Source: Naegleria gruberi (Eukaryota). Taken from it: 9,586 nucleotides of DNA. Both the position numbers and the translations under genes were made by a program. Where the stretch lies: NCBI GenBank assembly GCA_000004985.1, contig GG739035.1; one strand, written 5' to 3'. Position 1 is the stretch's first letter, and each line of letters opens with the position of its first letter. Positions 1 to 8,079 of this stretch are shown here, piece by piece. Under the pieces are notes generated by a model. That model was not told where the DNA came from. It searched no databases and worked only from the letters and a program-made list of their open reading frames with translations.

Positions 1-500
1 TTAATCTTATCCATCGAAAGCCTTTGAAATCTTTCAATGAATTCTTGTTGAGAACTTGTGTTATCATCATAATCAATGAACATTGAATCTGAGAAACCAC
101 CTCCAATTTCGATTGATTCATTTACTTGTTGTAATGCTGATTCAGCTTGTTGTTGTTGTTGAATAGATTGATTGTGTGATAGGGTTTGATTCGAGAATGA
201 AGAAGAACATTGGCAATTGGTTGATGAATGAATATTACAACTAGTTGGTGGAGGAGGAGGCTGAAATGTTCTTGCTGATGATGATGATGATGATCCATTT
301 GATGACTGAGTTAGTCGTGATGATGATGAAGATATTACTGGTTGATTAGCCTGATCTTGAGTTAGAAAGGAGAAGGCACTTGGATCGACGCCGAGTAATA
401 AGGAAATTTGAAGAGGCGTTAATTGATTTGATCTAATCTTTCGTATTATTTCATCAGTCTTTTTCGAACCAAGCCTACTACCTTGACGCTTGTTAGTCAT
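1..500 (-). CDS. Partial CDS (N-terminal 166 codons; the 3' end runs off the left edge of the window). Protein with a helix-turn-helix-like N-terminal segment followed by a Ser/Gln/Pro-rich low-complexity region.
   Basis: Minus-strand ATG at 500-498 in an A-rich context. The frame stays open to position 1 with no stop, so it is absent from the supplied ORF track. Translation: MTNKRQGSRLGSKKTDEIIRKIRSNQLTPLQISLLLGVDPSAFSFLTQDQANQPVISSSSSRLTQSSNGSSSSSSARTFQPPPPPTSCNIHSSTNCQCSSSFSNQTLSHNQSIQQQQQAESALQQVNESIEIGGGFSDSMFIDYDDNTSSQQEFIERFQRLSMDKI... Residues ~5-45 resemble a small HTH (homeodomain-like / transposase-type HTH). Confidence 0.5.
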   Translation of the reverse strand, partial: MTNKRQGSRLGSKKTDEIIRKIRSNQLTPLQISLLLGVDPSAFSFLTQDQANQPVISSSSSRLTQSSNGSSSSSSARTFQPPPPPTSCNIHSSTNCQCSSSFSNQTLSHNQSIQQQQQAESALQQVNESIEIGGGFSDSMFIDYDDNTSSQQEFIERFQRLSMDKI

Positions 501-589
501 TTCAACTACCCTTATTGTATTTAGAGTCTCAATACTAACCAATGATACAGCAGCAACGAGTTGAGTGGTTTTTTTAAAATTTAAAAACA
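501..589. promoter_or_regulatory. Short divergent intergenic region between head-to-head genes (minus gene starting at 500, plus gene starting at 590). Probable bidirectional promoter.
   Basis: The two start codons lie 89 bp apart on opposite strands. A CCAAT motif sits at ~539-543 (ccaatga). Both ATGs are preceded by A-rich tracts. Confidence 0.3.
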
Positions 590-1023
590 ATGCCTCCAAA
601 GACAACCAGCAAGAAAGCAGAAGCAGCATCTAGCACTACTACCAAGAAAGCAGCATCTAGCACTACCTACAAATCTAATCAGAATGGTATTATTGCTAAT
701 GATGATACGCAACTAGTTGCATTGCTAGCAGAGATGAAGAATTTGAAAGATGCCACCGACGATCACCAACAAGCCTTCGTTGATTCATGTATAAAATCCA
801 AAGCTTCTAACAAGCAATTCCTTCAACGATTATGGTATTCATTAATGGATGCTGGTATTGAGAAACCTAGTAAATTCACCTCACTCAAGATAGATGGACT
901 AATTGAAGCCTTGTTTGTTGCAAGAGAGAGTGTCAAACCTCAAATAGAACAGCTCTACCAAACAAACAAGTCTAGACAATATGTCAACACCCACTCCATT
1001 AGCCAATCCAATATGCTGACAGA
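590..1023 (+). CDS. 5' portion of a CDS of unknown function with an N-terminal Lys/Ser/Thr-rich region. The frame runs into the 83-bp N gap; nominally it stays open to a TGA at 1124-1126.
   Basis: ATG at 590 in the context aaaaacaATGcc. Open frame of 144 aa up to the gap: MPPKTTSKKAEAASSTTTKKAASSTTYKSNQNGIIANDDTQLVALLAEMKNLKDATDDHQQAFVDSCIK... The true 3' end is unknown because the gap sequence and length are unknown. Confidence 0.5.
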
Positions 1024-1106
1024 NNNNNNNNNNNNNNNNNNNNNNNNNNNNNNNNNNNNNNNNNNNNNNNNNNNNNNNNNNNNNNNNNNNNNNNNNNNNN
1101 NNNNNN
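1024..1106. other. Assembly gap (83 N).
   Basis: Run of n characters. All three forward frames hit a stop within 25 nt after the gap. Confidence 0.95.
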
Positions 1107-1130
1107 TGATTTGGCACCCATATTGAAGCC

Positions 1131-2036
1131 ATGAAACGTAAATCAGCAGAAGATGGTGCTTTAGGAACATCATTACGTCCACGTACTGCTAGCTCATCTG
1201 TTAATGGTGGTGGCAATTCATCCAATAGTGGTAGTACCCCAAGCTCATCTAATAATGGTGGTATTAGTTCAGTGGTGTCTGGAGCTGGTTCATCTGTTAA
1301 TGGTGGTGTTGGTAGTTCAAGTTCTGAATCGGTTAAAATTACCAAATTGGAAAAGAGAATACAGCAATTGAATGAACAAGCAAAAAAGTATAAAGCTACC
1401 ATTGAAGATTTGAAGAGAAAAAGACAAGAGGATGCTCTAACAATTCAATCATGCAAAAAGCAATGTGAAAGACATGATGCAAGTATGCAACAAACAAAGA
1501 AATTAGTTCTTGATTTCCATAATAGTATTCTATCAATGGACATTTTCGAGGTTAAAGAGGGCACATACTGGATCACTTTTGAAGGTGTTGAAAAAGGGGT
1601 ACCATCTACAAAAGTGAATGACATGCTGAAAAGAAAGCAACCTAATGTAGTAATAGAACAACTAATAATCATATTCTCTTTAGGAACTGTTACCACTCAA
1701 CAATTCAGAGCTTTGGATTTAATCATGACAAGAATCTGTCCACTCATGAAAGAATCCAAGCACAGACTCAAGAATTTCAAAGATAGAAAGAGTAAACTCT
1801 TCAATAGAAAGGCTGTTGATGATGGTACCACAGCTAGAGCCAAAGTGGTACTTGTTGATGAGGATTCTAATTCAACTGTCTTATTGCAAGATGCTGAACA
1901 AAATACTGATATCAGTACGGATGGTATTGTTAATAATAATAATAATATGAATATTGATAACAATATTGAACTCAATGAAGAATGTGATGAAGTATTACCA
2001 TGTGGTGATGATGATGATGTTGGTATTATTAATTAA
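1131..2036 (+). CDS. CDS of unknown function (301 aa) with an N-terminal Ser/Gly/Asn-rich low-complexity region, a central predicted coiled coil and an acidic C-terminus.
   Basis: ATG at 1131 and uninterrupted ORF to TAA at 2034-2036. Heptad-like segment SVKITKLEKRIQQLNEQAKKYKATIEDLKRKRQEDALTIQ. Several antisense ORFs in the track (899..1402, 1445..1696, 1697..1975) lie inside it and are treated as shadows. The start may be wrong if this ORF is really the continuation of the 590 gene across the gap. Confidence 0.55.
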   Translation: MKRKSAEDGALGTSLRPRTASSSVNGGGNSSNSGSTPSSSNNGGISSVVSGAGSSVNGGVGSSSSESVKITKLEKRIQQLNEQAKKYKATIEDLKRKRQEDALTIQSCKKQCERHDASMQQTKKLVLDFHNSILSMDIFEVKEGTYWITFEGVEKGVPSTKVNDMLKRKQPNVVIEQLIIIFSLGTVTTQQFRALDLIMTRICPLMKESKHRLKNFKDRKSKLFNRKAVDDGTTARAKVVLVDEDSNSTVLLQDAEQNTDISTDGIVNNNNNMNIDNNIELNEECDEVLPCGDDDDVGIIN

Positions 2037-2216
2037 TCATCAAGAGAGAATAATTGGAAGTCGTCACCATACAGATATTGTCATCATAAGACAGATACTA
2101 TTCATAATAAATTAATTGAACCCATTGGTTATTATATTATTAATAATATTACTAGTAATAATTAGTTCATCCCATCACACATGGACGTAGTTGTATCATA
2201 TTCACTTCAGGTTGTG

Positions 2217-2274
2217 TTGATTTTTTTTTTAATGATCACTTTCAAAGTGAGAGCTGATAGAAATCAAAGTGATC
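2217..2274. repeat. T-run followed by a nested palindromic element in the convergent intergenic region.
   Basis: T10 at 2221-2230. Perfect 15-nt palindrome tcactttcaaagtga at 2236-2250. The left arm extended to gatcacttt (2234-2242) is also perfectly complementary to a second copy aaagtgatc at 2266-2274. Confidence 0.5.
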
Positions 2275-2621
2275 CGATTTGCTGTTTGGATTGAATAACA
2301 ACAATTTCATTCATTCAAACCGAAGATACATCTCTACACTACTCAATTTAATAAAGAAAACAAGAAAAAATTCAATATAAATTATCATACTATTTACTCA
2401 CTTCTTCTCTCACTATTGGAGTGAGTAAGAAAATATGCTCATTTTAAAGATCACATCCAGAGTGAGAAAGAAAAAGCTCGTACGGGAAATGACAACTCAT
2501 CCCAATAACAAATCAGACTTCCAACAGTAACGCACAATGTCATATTCATTATTGGAATATTTTCATCAAAATAATACACAGTTTGTTTTTCGTATACATG
2601 AAAAATTATCATGTAAATATT

Positions 2622-2862
2622 TCATAAACAACTATACAATATTGTTATTAGTTCAAAGATACAATTTGCATCACTAACATCAAAGGCAGGTAAGACAACT
2701 CCATAATTAACACCATTGATTGTGTAAGATATAGTCCCATCTTTCAATTCAACAATATCCAAATTTTGTAAAATTATAACGTCCATCCACATTAATACTG
2801 TTAGGTGCAAATCCAATCATTGGATTACCTTCCTTGTCTATAAATCTCTTCAGTATTAACTA
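2622..2862 (-). pseudogene. SPRY/B30.2-like domain fragment with an apparent 1-nt frameshift. Possibly a pseudogene, a sequencing error or a mis-modelled terminal exon.
   Basis: The minus-strand frame ending at TGA (2624-2622) encodes ...DIVELKDGTISYTINGVNYGVVLPAFDVSDANCIFELITILYSCL. This resembles the SPRY core (gDviGvllDl..gtisFtkNG..lgvaF.dv). A different frame immediately upstream encodes LILKRFIDKEGNPMIGFAPNSINVDGRYNFTKF, which would be contiguous if one g in tttGgatatt (~2763-2766) were removed. There is no ATG start for the downstream frame; the ORF track start is TTG. Confidence 0.3.
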
Positions 2863-3100
2863 ATTGTAAAGTGAAAATTAGGAACAAACGCCAATAGTAA
2901 CCGTTATTTAATTTCTAAAAAAAAACGAAAAAACAACATGCATTGATTCGCTCTCTGGTAAATTTCAAGTGGAGGATTTCTAACAGGACATATCTGTTTC
3001 ATCAATTTCAACACAAGCTTCTTTAGGACCTTTGCTTGATGATTCATCACTAGGCTAAACTTTTTGGTTTATTATTCAATCATTTTTATCAATCAACAAA

Positions 3101-3553
3101 ATGTCCAAATACAAAGTTACGATCAAACCACAAAGTTCATCCGATGTATTGGAAAAGAAGAAGGAGGTACTTTCTCTACTGGATAAACCAGAACAAGTTG
3201 ATTCCCTGCTAGCTTTGTTAGATGAGGTATTTTCCAACAGCAATGTAGAAAAGTATTCTGCCATCAGCAAGGATGACTTTGCCTTCCTGCTTGAAGCTAG
3301 ATGCAAGGCTTCATTGATAAGGGCTGATCAACTCTCGGAGAAGGAAGAAAAGAGGTTGGCTATATTGAAAGCCCTGAATAGTGGACAAGAATGTGTTATT
3401 AATCAACCAAGTTTTGCTCCTGGATATGTTTTGTATGGTGAAGCTTTTGTTAGTTTTGCAAAATTGGGTGATCACGACAAGGTGTTTGATGATAAGCAGG
3501 AAAGAGAATTAATCAAGAATATTAGAGAAATTGGTCTTGGAGTTGTGCAGACA
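3101..3553 (+). CDS. 5' portion (151 codons) of a CDS of unknown function, truncated by a large assembly gap.
   Basis: ATG at 3101 in the context caacaaaATGtc. Open frame to the gap edge: MSKYKVTIKPQSSSDVLEKKKEVLSLLDKPEQVDSLLALLDEVFSNSNVEKYSAISKDDFAFLLEARCKASLIRADQLSEKEEKRLAILKALNSGQECVINQPSFAPGYVLYGEAFVSFAKLGDHDKVFDDKQERELIKNIREIGLGVVQT. The long X-filled ORFs in the track are gap artefacts. Confidence 0.55.
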
Positions 3554-5712
3554 NNNNNNNNNNNNNNNNNNNNNNNNNNNNNNNNNNNNNNNNNNNNNNN
3601 NNNNNNNNNNNNNNNNNNNNNNNNNNNNNNNNNNNNNNNNNNNNNNNNNNNNNNNNNNNNNNNNNNNNNNNNNNNNNNNNNNNNNNNNNNNNNNNNNNNN
3701 NNNNNNNNNNNNNNNNNNNNNNNNNNNNNNNNNNNNNNNNNNNNNNNNNNNNNNNNNNNNNNNNNNNNNNNNNNNNNNNNNNNNNNNNNNNNNNNNNNNN
3801 NNNNNNNNNNNNNNNNNNNNNNNNNNNNNNNNNNNNNNNNNNNNNNNNNNNNNNNNNNNNNNNNNNNNNNNNNNNNNNNNNNNNNNNNNNNNNNNNNNNN
3901 NNNNNNNNNNNNNNNNNNNNNNNNNNNNNNNNNNNNNNNNNNNNNNNNNNNNNNNNNNNNNNNNNNNNNNNNNNNNNNNNNNNNNNNNNNNNNNNNNNNN
4001 NNNNNNNNNNNNNNNNNNNNNNNNNNNNNNNNNNNNNNNNNNNNNNNNNNNNNNNNNNNNNNNNNNNNNNNNNNNNNNNNNNNNNNNNNNNNNNNNNNNN
4101 NNNNNNNNNNNNNNNNNNNNNNNNNNNNNNNNNNNNNNNNNNNNNNNNNNNNNNNNNNNNNNNNNNNNNNNNNNNNNNNNNNNNNNNNNNNNNNNNNNNN
4201 NNNNNNNNNNNNNNNNNNNNNNNNNNNNNNNNNNNNNNNNNNNNNNNNNNNNNNNNNNNNNNNNNNNNNNNNNNNNNNNNNNNNNNNNNNNNNNNNNNNN
4301 NNNNNNNNNNNNNNNNNNNNNNNNNNNNNNNNNNNNNNNNNNNNNNNNNNNNNNNNNNNNNNNNNNNNNNNNNNNNNNNNNNNNNNNNNNNNNNNNNNNN
4401 NNNNNNNNNNNNNNNNNNNNNNNNNNNNNNNNNNNNNNNNNNNNNNNNNNNNNNNNNNNNNNNNNNNNNNNNNNNNNNNNNNNNNNNNNNNNNNNNNNNN
4501 NNNNNNNNNNNNNNNNNNNNNNNNNNNNNNNNNNNNNNNNNNNNNNNNNNNNNNNNNNNNNNNNNNNNNNNNNNNNNNNNNNNNNNNNNNNNNNNNNNNN
4601 NNNNNNNNNNNNNNNNNNNNNNNNNNNNNNNNNNNNNNNNNNNNNNNNNNNNNNNNNNNNNNNNNNNNNNNNNNNNNNNNNNNNNNNNNNNNNNNNNNNN
4701 NNNNNNNNNNNNNNNNNNNNNNNNNNNNNNNNNNNNNNNNNNNNNNNNNNNNNNNNNNNNNNNNNNNNNNNNNNNNNNNNNNNNNNNNNNNNNNNNNNNN
4801 NNNNNNNNNNNNNNNNNNNNNNNNNNNNNNNNNNNNNNNNNNNNNNNNNNNNNNNNNNNNNNNNNNNNNNNNNNNNNNNNNNNNNNNNNNNNNNNNNNNN
4901 NNNNNNNNNNNNNNNNNNNNNNNNNNNNNNNNNNNNNNNNNNNNNNNNNNNNNNNNNNNNNNNNNNNNNNNNNNNNNNNNNNNNNNNNNNNNNNNNNNNN
5001 NNNNNNNNNNNNNNNNNNNNNNNNNNNNNNNNNNNNNNNNNNNNNNNNNNNNNNNNNNNNNNNNNNNNNNNNNNNNNNNNNNNNNNNNNNNNNNNNNNNN
5101 NNNNNNNNNNNNNNNNNNNNNNNNNNNNNNNNNNNNNNNNNNNNNNNNNNNNNNNNNNNNNNNNNNNNNNNNNNNNNNNNNNNNNNNNNNNNNNNNNNNN
5201 NNNNNNNNNNNNNNNNNNNNNNNNNNNNNNNNNNNNNNNNNNNNNNNNNNNNNNNNNNNNNNNNNNNNNNNNNNNNNNNNNNNNNNNNNNNNNNNNNNNN
5301 NNNNNNNNNNNNNNNNNNNNNNNNNNNNNNNNNNNNNNNNNNNNNNNNNNNNNNNNNNNNNNNNNNNNNNNNNNNNNNNNNNNNNNNNNNNNNNNNNNNN
5401 NNNNNNNNNNNNNNNNNNNNNNNNNNNNNNNNNNNNNNNNNNNNNNNNNNNNNNNNNNNNNNNNNNNNNNNNNNNNNNNNNNNNNNNNNNNNNNNNNNNN
5501 NNNNNNNNNNNNNNNNNNNNNNNNNNNNNNNNNNNNNNNNNNNNNNNNNNNNNNNNNNNNNNNNNNNNNNNNNNNNNNNNNNNNNNNNNNNNNNNNNNNN
5601 NNNNNNNNNNNNNNNNNNNNNNNNNNNNNNNNNNNNNNNNNNNNNNNNNNNNNNNNNNNNNNNNNNNNNNNNNNNNNNNNNNNNNNNNNNNNNNNNNNNN
5701 NNNNNNNNNNNN
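3554..5712. other. Assembly gap (2159 N).
   Basis: Run of n characters. It hides the body of the 3101 gene and possibly further features. Confidence 0.95.
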
Positions 5713-5891
5713 CGAAACAAGATCTTATCCAAAGATACAAAAAATATGATAAGAGCATGTATATTCTTCCATGTTTTTCAATGAATTATGAGATGACATT
5801 TCATGCAGTAGGAGATTGGTTTTCAATTATTAGAGATACTCTTGGAATAATTGTTGGACTCAATACTACAGATTTCTCACTATCTTCTTGA
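5713..5891 (+). CDS. Probable 3' end (59 codons) of a plus-strand CDS whose body lies in the gap. It may be the C-terminus of the 3101 gene.
   Basis: Open frame from the gap edge to TGA at 5889-5891: KQDLIQRYKKYDKSMYILPCFSMNYEMTFHAVGDWFSIIRDTLGIIVGLNTTDFSLSS. The other two frames stop sooner. No independent start codon. Confidence 0.35.
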
Positions 5892-6103
5892 AGAAAGTTA
5901 GTTTGAACGATGCTGTGAGGAAGGCATTCGAACTTGGATTTTCAGTGTTTGTGGATCAGATGTTCATTCAATTACAATCCATCTATTTCACTTTTAATAA
6001 GAATGATCGGGATTGTTTCTCTAATGTAAAAGTAATAAATAGTAGATTAAATACGCATCTTAGGAATCATATTCCTTGTAAGCAAACAAACCAAATAAGA
6101 GCA

Positions 6104-6224
6104 AAAGACTACAGCACCACAGGTTCCCAAGTTGTCTCCAACCTCAGTACTGATGTGGCTCGACGATGCTTAACTTCTCAAATCGGACGGGATGAGGTGC
6201 ATTCATCGTGATATGGCCGTAGCC
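6104..6224 (-). rRNA. 5S ribosomal RNA gene (copy 1, ~121 nt). A Pol III T-run terminator follows immediately.
   Basis: The reverse complement reads GGCTACGGCCATATCACGATGAATGCACCTCATCCCGTCCGATTTGAGAAGTTAAGCATCGTCGAGCCACATCAGTACTGAGGTTGGAGACAACTTGGGAACCTGTGGTGCTGTAGTCTTTT. It carries the canonical 5S hallmarks: a GGCTACGGCCATA 5' end, CCCGTCCGAT, a box-A-like AGAAGTTAAGC, TGGGAAC, and a 3' GTGCTGTAGTC that pairs with the 5' end to form helix I. T4 terminator on the coding strand (plus 6103-6106). An A/T-rich TATA-like element (ctttatattta) lies ~20-30 nt upstream, at plus 6244-6254. End coordinates are +/-2 nt. Confidence 0.9.
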
Positions 6225-6243
6225 ATTCTTTTCCTTAACACAA

Positions 6244-6254
6244 TAAATATAAAG
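6244..6254 (-). promoter_or_regulatory. TATA-like element upstream of 5S copy 1.
   Basis: The minus strand reads ctttatattta at -20 to -30 from the 5S 5' end. Dispersed fungal 5S genes (for example Neurospora) are known to depend on an upstream TATA-like box in addition to internal control regions. The matching element for copy 2 is taaataaag at plus 8091-8099. Confidence 0.3.
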
Positions 6255-6453
6255 AATATTGAAAATCTTTGAAAGCAAATTTTATTCACATTAAACTCGG
6301 GCTATATTTATTGACTTGTGCAAGTGGTCAAGAATAATAGGACGGGAAGCCTGCTAGGCGACAATCCCACTACAGTCTTGAGTGATTGAACGGTGAAGGA
6401 CAGTTTTGCTATTGAGAAATTGTCTGTGTTGAATCATTTTTCTTTATTGAAAA

Positions 6454-7623
6454 TTAACAATCATTAATTCGGTACAATGCTTCATCCAACAAATTAATGC
6501 CCAATGTTGAAATAAATTTGAACAACCAACATTGACCATCATCATCAATATTTACAAAATCTTGTCCAATCCATTCTTTCTTAAATGTTGAAATAGCTTG
6601 TTCTCTATTCCCATCACTTTGTTTCAAGATGAGTTTAGTTTGGTTTTTTGGTTTTTTCAAGTCACTGTGTAATCTAGATACAGAAATAGAAATACCTTTT
6701 TCATGAGCTTCACCACTATAGGAAACACTATAGTCAACATCAATCCTCATAGAAAAAGGAATGAGTGCAGTATAATAATCCAATGTAAAGTGAATACTTG
6801 ATATTGTATTGTCAGTATCTCCATCATCAGTTACACTAATATAGGTCAACTTGCGATCTACAGATGTAATGTGAAATCTTGAATAAAGGGATGGTGCAAT
6901 AAGAGTAGTATCAGCATAACTATTATCCTGATGGGTAGTTAAAAAGAAAGCTCTCACAGGTCCAATTCTTGAATGTTTGTTAAAACTTGCGTGTTTTAAC
7001 AAACAAAATTCCTTCATAAATTGATATGAGTGCTTTTTAATCATCTCCTTGCCACTCTTTTTAAATATAGTTGGTTTTGTTGTAAAACGAGTAGTTCTGT
7101 TAATTTCTACATGTGTATCATTGCTGTCGTATTGTGTTGGCCATTTAGTCCAATTTTTCAAACTTTCCAATGTCATATCCCACAATCTACAAAACAATTC
7201 TTGCCACATTCTTTCCTCATCAATCATACCTTCGTACCAAGAACGACAAACCAAAAACACTGATCCATTCAATACACTTTCCAAATCCATAAATGGAACA
7301 ATAGAATAGGCAACAACTTCTGGTGGTAATGATTTGATTAAAGAAGGTACACGTTCCATTTCATATTTTCTCTTCTTTCTTACCAATACATCCATCATCA
7401 AATCACAAAATTCATCATAATTTCGTACTTTCTTATCATCATTCTTTTGATAATTTTCATAACAAGTTGATTCAACAAACTTGAGCATGTGTTCATCTAC
7501 TTGTTCAATTCTTTTCTTTTCCTCTTGTAAGAATTTTTCATAGAGTCTTGATGATTTATTGGATGCTGATTTTTGGTTCTTCTTTGGTGCTTTTTTTGTG
7601 GTGGCTTTTCTCTTTGGCGGCAT
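6454..7623 (-). CDS. F-box domain protein (389 aa, single exon) with a basic N-terminus and an uncharacterised ~290 aa C-terminal region.
   Basis: ATG at 7623-7621 in the context aaaaaaaATGcc, with an uninterrupted ORF to TAA at 6456-6454. Residues ~95-150, LPPEVVAYSIVPFMDLESVLNGSVFLVCRSWYEGMIDEERMWQELFCRLW, match the F-box consensus (LPxEil..If..Ld...L.....VCk.W......d..lW). The N-terminus MPPKRKATTKKAPKKNQKS is Lys-rich and NLS-like. The plus-strand ORFs 7030..7263 and 7049..7309 are antisense shadows. Confidence 0.75.
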   Translation of the reverse strand: MPPKRKATTKKAPKKNQKSASNKSSRLYEKFLQEEKKRIEQVDEHMLKFVESTCYENYQKNDDKKVRNYDEFCDLMMDVLVRKKRKYEMERVPSLIKSLPPEVVAYSIVPFMDLESVLNGSVFLVCRSWYEGMIDEERMWQELFCRLWDMTLESLKNWTKWPTQYDSNDTHVEINRTTRFTTKPTIFKKSGKEMIKKHSYQFMKEFCLLKHASFNKHSRIGPVRAFFLTTHQDNSYADTTLIAPSLYSRFHITSVDRKLTYISVTDDGDTDNTISSIHFTLDYYTALIPFSMRIDVDYSVSYSGEAHEKGISISVSRLHSDLKKPKNQTKLILKQSDGNREQAISTFKKEWIGQDFVNIDDDGQCWLFKFISTLGINLLDEALYRINDC

Positions 7624-7958
7624 TTTTTTTTGGTGAGTTTTGTATTAGACTCGAGTTGAACTTTTATTGTAACGAAGTTTTTTTCGGCTGTTTTTTGGAA
7701 TAATTTAATGATAATGTTCATGATTACAACAAGAATGTTCATGGTCATGTTTACAATCAGAATTCTGATTAATCACAGCTCCCAACATGTTGATATTCAA
7801 AGTACTCAAAGATTCCGAATCATTTGCAGACAAAAATTCTGAAGTGAAAATTTCCAAGCTATTAACGTAATCTTTTTCCCAGAAATTAGTTTTCCATTTA
7901 AAGAAGTCTTGGACAATATTCAATCTGGTGCATTCACCATTATATATAACGAAAGCAA

Positions 7959-8079
7959 AAAGACTACAGCACCACAGGTTCCCAAGTTGTCTCCAACCTC
8001 AGTACTGATGTGGCTCGACGATGCTTAACTTCTCAAATCGGACGGGATGAGGTGCATTCATCGTGATATGGCCGTAGCC
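7959..8079 (-). rRNA. 5S ribosomal RNA gene (copy 2). Identical in sequence to copy 1 and in the same orientation.
   Basis: Positions 7962-8081 are base-for-base identical to 6107-6226, as far as I can align by eye. T5 terminator on the coding strand (plus 7957-7961). A/T-rich upstream element taaataaag at plus 8091-8099. Copy 2 lies 1855 bp from copy 1. Confidence 0.9.

Noticed and set aside
899-1975. Minus-strand ORFs 899..1402, 955..1182, 1445..1696 and 1697..1975.
   Set aside because: They are antisense to, or overlap, the well-supported plus-strand ORFs. Several have GTG/TTG starts and hydrophobic low-complexity translations typical of shadow ORFs.
3509-5891. Very long ORFs (736-882 aa) in the track spanning the N gap on both strands.
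   Set aside because: These are artefacts of translating N as X. Only the sequence-supported ends (3101..3553 and 5713..5891) are real.
5888-6211. 107-aa plus-strand ORF overlapping 5S copy 1.
   Set aside because: It starts with TTG rather than ATG, and one third of it is simply the antisense of the 5S rRNA gene. No coding evidence.
6290-6420. GC-richer patch in the F-box 3' region (gggaagcctgctaggcgacaatcccactacagtc). Considered as a tRNA, snRNA or degenerate 5S/SINE fragment.
   Set aside because: There is no tRNA T-loop/D-loop consensus and no C/D or H/ACA box arrangement. The resemblance to the 5S 3' half is limited to short strings. Most likely just 3' UTR.
7030-7309. Plus-strand ORFs 7030..7263 and 7049..7309, and minus-strand ORFs 7497..7748 and 3076..3306.
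   Set aside because: They are antisense or out-of-frame overlaps of the F-box gene and the 3101 gene. No motif support.
7705-7923. 72-aa minus-strand ORF with a His/Cys-rich C-terminus (CKHDHEHSCCNHEHYH) between 5S copy 2 and the F-box gene.
   Set aside because: The track start is TTG, not ATG; the only in-frame ATG would give ~27 aa. It lies in the F-box gene promoter region. Probably a chance ORF in AT-rich DNA, though the metal-binding-looking tail is curious.
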